27,136 nucleotides of DNA from Ignavibacteriaceae bacterium (lineage in GTDB: Bacteria > Bacteroidota > Ignavibacteria > Ignavibacteriales > Ignavibacteriaceae), in contig JALONF010000001.1 of NCBI GenBank assembly GCA_025455085.1, forward strand, positions 1-27,136. The letters run 5' to 3'. Made by a program: the position numbers and the translations under genes. Of this stretch, positions 18,554-27,136 are shown in pieces. The notes below the pieces were generated by a model. The model did not search any database and was not told the DNA's origin. It saw only the letters and a list, made by a program, of their open reading frames with translations. Each line of letters starts with the position of its first letter. Position 1 is the first letter of the stretch.

Positions 18554-20650
18554 TTATACTGCTGTTGATTTCTTGCCTAATGATTTCTCAGCAATCTCCT
18601 CAGCAATAGATTGAGGCACTTGCTGATAATGATCAAACTGCATAGTGTAAATTGCTCTGCCTTGTGTCATTGACCTTAGCACTGTCGCATATCCAAACAT
18701 TTCGGAAAGAGGGACAAACGCTTTTATTACCTGTGCATCTTTCCTTGCATTAAAACCTTCTATTTTTCCTCTTCGTGAATTCAGATCACCCATAACATCT
18801 CCCAAATAATCTTCAGGAGTAACCACCTCAACTGACATTATTGGTTCAAGCAAAATTGGTTTGGCTTTCTGAGATCCACTCTTGAAAGCCATCGAGCCGG
18901 CAACTTTAAATGATAATTCATCAGAATCAACATCGTGATATGAACCATCGTAAAGTTTTACCTTAATATCAACCACCGGGAAGCCCGCAACTACACCGTT
19001 TCTCATCGCTTCCTGAATTCCAGCTGATACTGGCTGAATGTATTCTTTAGGAATTGAACCGCCGACTATTGCATTTATGAATTCAAAACCTTTACCAGGT
19101 TCATTTGGTCCTAATTCAATTTCAACGTGTCCATACTTACCACGACCACCTGATTGCTTAATGAATTTGCCTTCAGCCTTAACATTATCGGTAATTGTCT
19201 CTCTATATGCAACCTGAGGTTTACCAATATTTGCTTCAACTTTGAATTCTCTCTTCATTCTGTCAACAAGAATCTCCAGATGAAGCTCACCCATTCCGCT
19301 TATTAAAGTTTGTCCTGTCTCCTGATCTACATTAACTCTGAATGTTGGATCCTCATCCGAGAGCTTTGAAAGAGAATCGGATAATTTATCCTGGTCCGCT
19401 TTAGTCTTCGGTTCAATTGCAATTTGTATAACTGGTTCAGGAAAAGTAATCTTTTCCAGTACAATCGGATCATCTTCAGAGCATAACGTATCACCCGTCC
19501 TCGTATGCTTCAAACCTACTACTGCAGCAATGTCACCTGCTTTAACTTCAGTGATATCTTCACGATGATTCGCATGCATTTGTAATAGTCTTCCAATTCG
19601 TTCTTTCTTCTGACTCACTGAATTATATACATATGATCCCGCTTTTAAGACTCCTGCATAAACACGAAAGAAACATAATTTACCAACATAAGGGTCGTTC
19701 ATTATTTTGAATGCAAGAGCAACAAATTTTTCTTTTTCATCAATTTTTCTTGTCACCATATCGTTAATACCAATATGATGAGCTTCAATTTCTTTAGTGT
19801 CTATTGGTGATGGAAGTAAATCAACTACATAATCCAGAAGTTTCTGAACTCCTTTATTCTTAAAAGCCGAGCCACATAGAACAGGAATTATCTTCGCTTC
19901 AATTGTTGCCTGTCGAAGCACTTGCAGAACTTCAGCAGGGCTAATTTCCTTGCCATCTAAATATTTTTCTAATAAAGTATCATCGACATCAGAAACGGCT
20001 TCGAGCATTTGAGTTCTGTACTTACTTGCTATTTCCATCAAATCTTGTGGAATTGGAATTTCATCAAATGTAGCACCAAAGGTTTCTTCGTGATACATCC
20101 TTGCATTAAAATGAATAAGATCAATAACTCCGGAAAACAAATCACCCTGACCAATAGGTAAATTAATCGGGATGGCATTTGCTTTCAATCTGTCTTTCAT
20201 CATCTGAACTGCATTATAAAAATCCGCACCAACTCTATCTACCTTATTTATGAATGCTATCCTTGGAACACCATATTTATCCGCCTGCCTCCACACTGTT
20301 TCAGATTGTGGTTCAACACCGCCAACAGCACAGAATAAAGCTACTGCGCCATCTAATACTCTTAATGATCTTTCAACTTCAACTGTAAAATCGACGTGAC
20401 CGGGTGTATCAATAATATTTATCTGATGATCATTCCAGAAACAAGTTGTTGCAGCACTCGTAATTGTAATTCCACGTTCTTTTTCCTGATCCATCCAGTC
20501 CATAACCGCCGCACCATCATGCACTTCGCCAAGTCGATGTAATTTACCGGTATAGAAAAGAATCCGCTCGGTCGTAGTGGTTTTACCCGCATCGATGTGC
20601 GCCATAATCCCAATGTTTCTTACACGTTCTATTTTAGTTCTTTGTGACAT
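18554..20650 (-). CDS. fusA: Elongation factor G
   Basis: [30 protein letters not shown]. The start is placed at ATG 20650 (MSQRTK); the track's GTG at 20674 lies inside rpsG. Confidence 0.99.
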   Translation of the reverse strand: MSQRTKIERVRNIGIMAHIDAGKTTTTERILFYTGKLHRLGEVHDGAAVMDWMDQEKERGITITSAATTCFWNDHQINIIDTPGHVDFTVEVERSLRVLDGAVALFCAVGGVEPQSETVWRQADKYGVPRIAFINKVDRVGADFYNAVQMMKDRLKANAIPINLPIGQGDLFSGVIDLIHFNARMYHEETFGATFDEIPIPQDLMEIASKYRTQMLEAVSDVDDTLLEKYLDGKEISPAEVLQVLRQATIEAKIIPVLCGSAFKNKGVQKLLDYVVDLLPSPIDTKEIEAHHIGINDMVTRKIDEKEKFVALAFKIMNDPYVGKLCFFRVYAGVLKAGSYVYNSVSQKKERIGRLLQMHANHREDITEVKAGDIAAVVGLKHTRTGDTLCSEDDPIVLEKITFPEPVIQIAIEPKTKADQDKLSDSLSKLSDEDPTFRVNVDQETGQTLISGMGELHLEILVDRMKREFKVEANIGKPQVAYRETITDNVKAEGKFIKQSGGRGKYGHVEIELGPNEPGKGFEFINAIVGGSIPKEYIQPVSAGIQEAMRNGVVAGFPVVDIKVKLYDGSYHDVDSDELSFKVAGSMAFKSGSQKAKPILLEPIMSVEVVTPEDYLGDVMGDLNSRRGKIEGFNARKDAQVIKAFVPLSEMFGYATVLRSMTQGRAIYTMQFDHYQQVPQSIAEEIAEKSLGKKSTAV

Positions 20651-20667
20651 AATATTGTTCGTAATTA

Positions 20668-21135
20668 CTACCACTTAAAGTGAGCAAAAGCTTTGTTTGC
20701 TTCCGCCATTTTATGCGTATCTTCTTTCTTTTTAACTGCAGAGCCTTCATTATTTGAAGCGGCAATAAGCTCTTGAGCAAGTTTTTGAGACATTGTTTTA
20801 TCTCCACGCTGACTTGAATATGTCTTTATCCATCTCATTGCCAATGCGTTTCTGCGTTCTGGTCTCACTTCGCTCGGTACTTGATAAGTAGCTCCACCAA
20901 CTCTTCTGCTTCTTACCTCAATTACAGGCTGAACATTTGACAGTGCCTGCTTAAAAACTTCCAGACCTGGTTTTTTTATTTTTTCTTCAATGATATCGAA
21001 CGCACCATAAACAATTTTTCTAGCCGCTGATTTTTTGCCATCATCCATCAAACAATTGATGAACTTTGAAACAATGATATCATTGAATTTGGGATCCGGT
21101 TTTATATATCTTTTTTCTGCTCTTCTTTTTCTCAT
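20668..21135 (-). CDS. rpsG: 30S ribosomal protein S7
   Basis: [33 protein letters not shown]. Confidence 0.99.
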   Translation of the reverse strand: MRKRRAEKRYIKPDPKFNDIIVSKFINCLMDDGKKSAARKIVYGAFDIIEEKIKKPGLEVFKQALSNVQPVIEVRSRRVGGATYQVPSEVRPERRNALAMRWIKTYSSQRGDKTMSQKLAQELIAASNNEGSAVKKKEDTHKMAEANKAFAHFKW

Positions 21136-21141
21136 ACGTCA

Positions 21142-21516
21142 TTACGATTTAGGTTTTTTAGCTCCATATTTAGATCTTCCTTTTTTTCTATCTTCAACAC
21201 CGCTTGTGTCCAGTGTGCCCCGGATTATGTGATATCTAACACCTGGCAAATCCTTAACACGACCACCTCTTATCAGAACAATTGAATGTTCCTGAAGATT
21301 GTGTCCCTCACCAGGAATGTAGGCAGTCACTTCCATATGGTTAGTTAGTCTTACCCTGGCAACTTTTCTAAGTGCAGAATTAGGCTTCTTAGGAGTAGTT
21401 GTGTATACTCTTGTGCACACACCACGCTTTTGTGGACAAGCACTTAGAGCCGGTGCTTTGTTTTTTGCTAATATCTGAACTCGTCCTTTTCTAACGAGTT
21501 GATTAATAGTTGGCAA
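21142..21516 (-). CDS. rpsL: 30S ribosomal protein S12 (TTG start)
   Basis: [32 protein letters not shown]; AGGAGA at 21522-21527. Confidence 0.99.
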   Translation of the reverse strand: MPTINQLVRKGRVQILAKNKAPALSACPQKRGVCTRVYTTTPKKPNSALRKVARVRLTNHMEVTAYIPGEGHNLQEHSIVLIRGGRVKDLPGVRYHIIRGTLDTSGVEDRKKGRSKYGAKKPKS

Positions 21517-21560
21517 TACTTTCTCCTAAGTTTAATTCATAATAAAAAATTCGGATTTCA

Positions 21561-21589
21561 AATATACTTCTTCATAACAATTAAGTCAA
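21561..21589 (-). promoter_or_regulatory. Sigma70-type promoter for the str (rpsL) operon
   Basis: Minus strand TTGACT (21589-21584), 17-nt spacer, TATATT (21566-21561), in the rpoC-rpsL gap. Confidence 0.7.
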
Positions 21590-21611
21590 GAAATTCAATC
21601 AGAACTTAATG

Positions 21612-24600
21612 TTATTCGATACTACTCTCTTCAGCCTTAAATTCTTCCTCTTTTACTTCACTTACTGTTACTTCTTCAGTCTTTAAAGATAGTACTCTAT
21701 ACTTTTTGAGTCCTGTTCCTGCTGGAATAAGATGACCCATCACAATATTCTCTTTAAGACCAACTAATCTGTCAATTTTTGCTTGAATTGCAGCATTAGC
21801 CAGAACTTTTGTAGTTTCCTGGAATGATGCAGCAGACAAGAAGCTTTCTGTTGATAGAGCAGCTTGAGTTATTCCCAAGAGAACATGCTCAAAAGTTGCA
21901 GGCATGGCATCCCTGACTTCCATAGTTTTTTTCTCTCGTTTTTTCAAATCTGCATTTATCTCTCTGGCTTTTGATTTTTGCAACAAGGTTCCATTCTTCA
22001 GTCGTGAATCACCCTTCTCTTCGATAACGATCATATTTGCCATTTTATTATTTTCTTCGACGAATTCAATTCGATCTACTAAATCTTCCTCAAGGAACTT
22101 TGTATCGCCGGGAGATACTACTCTTACCTTTTGCAGCATTTGTCTTACAATCACTTCTATATGCTTGTCATTAATTTTTACGCCCTGAAGACGGTAAACA
22201 TCTTGAATTTCATTAACAAGATATTCCTGAACCGAACTCGTTCCTTTTATTCTTAAAATATCATGCGGATTCATCGGACCGTCAGTGATTTTTTCACCAG
22301 CCGGAATATCATCACCTTCCTGAACGAGGATATGTTTTCCAAGCGGTACTGCATATTTCTTCTCATCTGAACCATCCTGGGCAAGAACAGAAATTTCTCT
22401 TGAACCTTTCTTTCTTCCACCAAACTTTACAATACCTTCAATATCAGATATGATAGCGGGATCCTGAGGACTTCTTGCTTCAAACAACTCCGTAACTCTT
22501 GGGAGACCACCTGTAATATCCCTCGACTTTGTAGTTTGCTTGGATATTTTAGCAAGAACAGTTCCTGCTGCTATTGATTCACCTTCTTCAACAGCAAGAT
22601 ACGACCTTGTTGGAAGGTTGAATGATTTTTTATCACCATTCTCTGCCACAATCACAATACTTGGTGTAAGAGTTTTATCCTTTGAATCAATTACTACCTT
22701 CTGAACGTGTCCTGTTTGTTCATCTGTAACCTGTTTTAATGTTGAGCCGTCAATAATATCCACGAAACCAACTTTGCCTGGTATGTCCGCTATGATCAAT
22801 GCGTTATATGGATCATGATGATAAAGAGGGGTATTCTTGTTTACCTTTTGTTCATCATCAACAGTAAGCTCAGCACCGTAAGGAACGTCATATTTTTTGA
22901 GCTGACGATTATTTTCATCATAGATACCTATAGCCCCTCGTCTTCCCGTTACAACCTTCACTTTTCTATCTGTCCCACCAAAAGGATCCTGGCTCATTTT
23001 TTCAACAAAGACTAATTTCTCAAACTTAACCGTACCTTCGATGTTAGTTTCAACCTGAGACTGAGTTGCAATTCTTGAAGAAGTACCGCCGAGATGGAAT
23101 GTTCTTAATGTAAGCTGTGTGCCTGGTTCACCGATTGATTGTGCGGCAACAATACCAACGGCTTCGCCAACTTCAACGAGTTTACTGGTTGTGAGATTAC
23201 GACCGTAACATTTTGCACATACACCTTTCTTGGCTTCGCACGTTAATACGGTTCTAATATAGACTTCATCAATATTAGCATCTTCAATTTTTTCGGCGAT
23301 GTCCTCGGTGATTATCTCGCCTGCTTCAATAATCAGTTCTTCAGTAATCGGATGATAAACATCTTCCTGAACGACTCTGCCAGTAATACGTTCACCTAAA
23401 GGTTCTCTTTCTTGCTCGACATCTTTCAGTGCCTTTACTTCGATACCGAGAATGGTTCCGCAATCTATTTCTGTGATAATAACATCTTGAGAAACGTCAA
23501 CCAATCTTCTCGTCAAATAACCCGCATCTGCAGTTTTGAGTGCCGTATCAGCTAATCCTTTTCTTGCACCGTGAGTAGAAATAAAATACTCGAGAACTGT
23601 TAATCCTTCTTTAAAGTTTGCTACTATGGGATTCTCAATAATTTCACCCGCTTGACCTGATAATGTTTTCTGTGGTTTCATCATCAAACCTCTCATACCT
23701 GCCAACTGTCTTACCTGTTCTTGTGAACCTCTTGCACCGGAGTCAACCATCATATGAAGAGAGTTAAATCCACCTTCGGCTCTCTTAATTTTTTCCATCA
23801 AAGCGCGTGATACGTCATTTGTAGTATGGGTCCAAACGTCAATTATTTTATTATATCTTTCGGCATCAGTAATAACACCCTGTTCGTGCTCGTTAAGAAT
23901 ACCATCAACTTTTTTATTTGCTTTTGCAATAAGATTTTCTTTTTCTTCCGGGACAACCATGTCTGCATAACTAACTGATAATCCACCTTCACTGGCAAAT
24001 TTGAATCCTAAATCTTTAAGATCATCTAAGAATTTTGCAGTGACTTTGTTACCAAGCTGGATGTACATTTTGCCAATAATTCCACCAAACACTTTTTTAA
24101 TAAGCAACTGGTTGATGTAACCCATTTCTTTTGGAAGAACTTGATTGAAGATTACTCTCCCGGTGGTTGTTTCAATGAAATTGTCTTCTATCTTAACTTT
24201 AATCTTAGCGTGCAGACCAACCTTCTTATTATCATAAGCTATTATAACTTCTTCAGGAGAGTAGAATAGCATGCCCTCGCCCTTATCACCTTCTTTTTGC
24301 TTTGTGAGGTAATAACAACCAAGTACTATATCCTGAGTTGGAACAACAATCGGGCTTCCATTCTGAGGAGATAATATATTATGACTGCTGAGCATTAATA
24401 AAGACGCTTCAAGCTGTGCTTCGTAAGAAAGCGGAACGTGAACCGCCATCTGATCACCATCGAAGTCAGCATTAAACGCGGTACACACCATTGGGTGCAA
24501 CTGGATAGCTTTTTCATCAATAAGTATTGGTTGAAAAGCCTGAATTCCTAATCTGTGAAGAGTTGGTGCACGGTTTAAGAGAACCGGATGAGCTTGAATT

Positions 24601-25877
24601 ATTTTTTCAAGGATGTCCCATATCATCGGATCTTTTCTGTCAACAACTTTTCTTGCGCTCTTTACGGTTTTGTTGTGTCCTCTTTCGATAAGCTTCCTTA
24701 TCAGGAAAGGTTTAAATAATTCAACTGCTATATCTTTTGGAAGACCGCATTGATGCAGCTTGAGTTCAGGACCAACAACAATAACGGAACGTGCAGAATA
24801 ATCGACTCTTTTTCCTAACAAATTCTGACGGAATCTTCCCTGCTTACCTTTGAGCATATCACTCAAAGATTTCAACGGACGATTGCTGTCACTTCTAACC
24901 GCACTTCCTCTTCGTGAATTATCAAAGAGAGCATCGACTGCCTCCTGAAGCATTCTCTTTTCATTTCGAAGAATTACTTCCGGAGCCTTAATGTCCATCA
25001 ATCTTTTCAGACGATTATTACGAATGATTACTCTTCTATACAAATCATTCAAATCGCTTGTTGCGAATCTTCCACCTTCAAGTGGAACAAGAGGTCTGAG
25101 TTCTGGTGGAATGACCGGGATATAACTTAGCACCATCCACTCAGGCTTGTTTTCAACTTTTATATTTTCAGCTTTAAACGCTTCAATTACTCTTAATCTT
25201 TTTAGGAGATCAGCCTTTTTCTGCTGCGAAGTCTCAACTTTAACCTGTTCACGAAGTTCTTCTGATAGCTTTTCTACATTTGTATTCCTGAGAATTGTTT
25301 TAACAGCATCGCCGCCGATTTTCGCAACAAACTTATCTGGATGAGTATCTTCAAATCTTTGATTTTCTGAGGGCAATGAGCTCATCACTTCAAAGTATTG
25401 ATCTTCAGAAATAAGATCGCCCTTTTTTAATCCAGTTGGTCCAGGGTTCAGAACAATATAAGATTCATAATAAATAACCTTTTCAAGTTCTTTAAGACTT
25501 AACCCAATGATGTTTCCAATCTTTGAAGGCTGTGATCTGAAAAACCAGATATGAACAACAGGTACTGCTAGACCAATGTGTCCCATTCTTTCACGACGCA
25601 CGCTCTTCTGTGTAACTTCAACTCCGCATCTATCGCAAATTATACCTTTGTATCTTATTCTTTTATACTTACCGCAAAAACATTCCCAATCGCGTGTGGG
25701 ACCAAATATTTTTTCACAGAACAAACCATCTTTTTCCGGACGGAATGATCTGTAATTAATTGTTTCAGGCTTAGTAACCTCTCCATACGATCTTGATAAA
25801 ATATCATCGGGACTTGCAAGACTAATCGTAATGCTGTCTATATCCATCATTGCATGTTCTTGGATTCTGAAAGCCAT
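21612..25877 (-). CDS. rpoC: DNA-directed RNA polymerase subunit beta'
   Basis: [19 protein letters not shown], catalytic [42 protein letters not shown]. Confidence 0.99.
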   Translation of the reverse strand: MAFRIQEHAMMDIDSITISLASPDDILSRSYGEVTKPETINYRSFRPEKDGLFCEKIFGPTRDWECFCGKYKRIRYKGIICDRCGVEVTQKSVRRERMGHIGLAVPVVHIWFFRSQPSKIGNIIGLSLKELEKVIYYESYIVLNPGPTGLKKGDLISEDQYFEVMSSLPSENQRFEDTHPDKFVAKIGGDAVKTILRNTNVEKLSEELREQVKVETSQQKKADLLKRLRVIEAFKAENIKVENKPEWMVLSYIPVIPPELRPLVPLEGGRFATSDLNDLYRRVIIRNNRLKRLMDIKAPEVILRNEKRMLQEAVDALFDNSRRGSAVRSDSNRPLKSLSDMLKGKQGRFRQNLLGKRVDYSARSVIVVGPELKLHQCGLPKDIAVELFKPFLIRKLIERGHNKTVKSARKVVDRKDPMIWDILEKIIQAHPVLLNRAPTLHRLGIQAFQPILIDEKAIQLHPMVCTAFNADFDGDQMAVHVPLSYEAQLEASLLMLSSHNILSPQNGSPIVVPTQDIVLGCYYLTKQKEGDKGEGMLFYSPEEVIIAYDNKKVGLHAKIKVKIEDNFIETTTGRVIFNQVLPKEMGYINQLLIKKVFGGIIGKMYIQLGNKVTAKFLDDLKDLGFKFASEGGLSVSYADMVVPEEKENLIAKANKKVDGILNEHEQGVITDAERYNKIIDVWTHTTNDVSRALMEKIKRAEGGFNSLHMMVDSGARGSQEQVRQLAGMRGLMMKPQKTLSGQAGEIIENPIVANFKEGLTVLEYFISTHGARKGLADTALKTADAGYLTRRLVDVSQDVIITEIDCGTILGIEVKALKDVEQEREPLGERITGRVVQEDVYHPITEELIIEAGEIITEDIAEKIEDANIDEVYIRTVLTCEAKKGVCAKCYGRNLTTSKLVEVGEAVGIVAAQSIGEPGTQLTLRTFHLGGTSSRIATQSQVETNIEGTVKFEKLVFVEKMSQDPFGGTDRKVKVVTGRRGAIGIYDENNRQLKKYDVPYGAELTVDDEQKVNKNTPLYHHDPYNALIIADIPGKVGFVDIIDGSTLKQVTDEQTGHVQKVVIDSKDKTLTPSIVIVAENGDKKSFNLPTRSYLAVEEGESIAAGTVLAKISKQTTKSRDITGGLPRVTELFEARSPQDPAIISDIEGIVKFGGRKKGSREISVLAQDGSDEKKYAVPLGKHILVQEGDDIPAGEKITDGPMNPHDILRIKGTSSVQEYLVNEIQDVYRLQGVKINDKHIEVIVRQMLQKVRVVSPGDTKFLEEDLVDRIEFVEENNKMANMIVIEEKGDSRLKNGTLLQKSKAREINADLKKREKKTMEVRDAMPATFEHVLLGITQAALSTESFLSAASFQETTKVLANAAIQAKIDRLVGLKENIVMGHLIPAGTGLKKYRVLSLKTEEVTVSEVKEEEFKAEESSIE

Positions 25878-25921
25878 ATTTTATCTCCTAAGTTCTATTA
25901 AAATTCTTATTAATAAATGAA

Positions 25922-27136
25922 TTAATTTATCGTAACGTCGAGCCCTAATCCCTGCAGCTCTTTAATTAATACGTTAAATGACTCTGGTATATTGGGGTTC
26001 AGCAAATTGTCACCTTTAACAATAGCTTCATAAGCTTTAGCTCTTCCTGCAACATCATCACTCTTAATCGTCAATATTTCCTGCAAAGTATAAGCAGCGC
26101 CGTATCCTTCAAGTGCCCATACTTCCATTTCTCCGAAACGCTGACCGCCAAACTGAGCCTTTCCGCCAAGCGGCTGCTGAGTAATTAAAGAGTAGGGTCC
26201 AATGGAACGGGCATGAATCTTATCATCAACAAGATGACTTAGTTTCATCATGTAGATATATCCGCAGGTAACTTTCTGATGGAACTTTTCTCCTGATCGA
26301 CCATCATAAAGATCTGTTTTCGAACCTAATTCCATATTTGCTTTTCCAAGCCACTCTTCAACGTCCTCTACTTTGGCACCGTCAAAAATCGGAGTAGCGA
26401 ATTTCACCCCTAAAGTTTTTCCAACCCATCCAAGTGCAGTTTCATAAAGCTGTCCAAGATTCATTCTTGAAGGCACACCAAGTGGATTCAAAATAATATC
26501 CATTGGAGTACCATCAGGTAAGTAAGGCATATCTTCAACCGGGACAACTTTAGCAACAACACCTTTGTTGCCGTGTCTGCCTGCCATCTTATCACCAACC
26601 GAAACTTTTCTCTTCTTGGCTACATAAACTTTTGCTAGCTGAACAATTCCCGGAGGAAGTTCATCACCGCTGGCGATTTTAATTTTCTCGCGTTTATAGT
26701 CTTCACCTATTTCAGCTGTTTTGTCAAAATAATTTTTAAATAAAGTTTTTATGTGTTGATTAGTCTTTTTGCTATCAAACCAGTCAAGAGTGTAATCAAG
26801 CTTGGTTACATCTTCAATAGCAGAGAAAGTCGAATCTTTAATAGTTGTATTACCTCTAAGCGCAACTGATCCATCAAGATCTCTTATTCCGGTTGTTACT
26901 AATCCTTCACAAAGCTTGGTTAATTTTTCAACAAGCTTTGCATAATTTTCTTTTAAACGATGATTGTGTTCGTGCTCAAGAGAATCCAGCAGAGCTTTTT
27001 CCGATTTCTTTGAATCAGCATCTCTTTTCTTTCTGCTGAAAAGTCTGGTCTTGATAACGGTTCCCCTTAATCCCGGAGGAGCTTTCAATGAAGCATCTTT
27101 CACATCACCGGCTTTATCTCCGAATATTGCTCTGAG
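25922..27136 (-). CDS. rpoB: DNA-directed RNA polymerase subunit beta, C-terminal part (5' end outside window)
   Basis: The frame stays open to the right edge ([17 protein letters not shown]...); [42 protein letters not shown]. Confidence 0.99.
   Translation of the reverse strand, partial: LRAIFGDKAGDVKDASLKAPPGLRGTVIKTRLFSRKKRDADSKKSEKALLDSLEHEHNHRLKENYAKLVEKLTKLCEGLVTTGIRDLDGSVALRGNTTIKDSTFSAIEDVTKLDYTLDWFDSKKTNQHIKTLFKNYFDKTAEIGEDYKREKIKIASGDELPPGIVQLAKVYVAKKRKVSVGDKMAGRHGNKGVVAKVVPVEDMPYLPDGTPMDIILNPLGVPSRMNLGQLYETALGWVGKTLGVKFATPIFDGAKVEDVEEWLGKANMELGSKTDLYDGRSGEKFHQKVTCGYIYMMKLSHLVDDKIHARSIGPYSLITQQPLGGKAQFGGQRFGEMEVWALEGYGAAYTLQEILTIKSDDVAGRAKAYEAIVKGDNLLNPNIPESFNVLIKELQGLGLDVTIN

Noticed and set aside
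20651-20674. GTG-initiated 8-aa extension of fusA
   Set aside because: It overlaps the rpsG stop; ATG 20650 gives a normal EF-G N-terminus.
21035-25344. Plus-strand ORFs at 21035, 21904, 22815 and 25147
   Set aside because: Antisense shadows of rpsG, rpsL and rpoC.
26669-27031. Segment of about 120 aa in RpoB between FSRKK and GDELPPG, considered as a possible intein or novel insert
   Set aside because: It occupies the known beta-i9 (SI2) lineage-specific insertion site and has no intein splice motifs.

Overview
AT-rich bacterial chromosomal window read almost entirely on the minus strand. It holds the core transcription/translation supercluster: rpoB (3' part), rpoC, the str genes (rpsL-rpsG-fusA-tuf), the S10 and spc clusters, secY-map-infA-rpmJ and the alpha cluster (rpsM-rpsK-rpsD-rpoA-rplQ), with 28 ribosomal protein genes in total. 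These are followed by engB (YihA/YsxC GTPase) and a membrane-anchored GAF-GAF-degenerate GGDEF gene that runs off the left edge. The gene order (no adk, rpsD retained in the alpha cluster, 89-aa S14) and the RNA polymerase insertions suggest an FCB-group organism, possibly Ignavibacteria-like; this is inference. Three items are missing from the ORF track. (1) A complete tRNA-Gln(UUG) gene sits inside the spc operon between rplR and rpsE, only 7 nt after the rplR stop codon. (2) A perfect 23-bp tandem duplication (1357-1402) frameshifts the GAF-GAF-GGDEF-like gene; it may be a real mutation or an assembly artefact. (3) rpmJ (L36) lies at 5406-5519. No mobile element or CRISPR array was seen.
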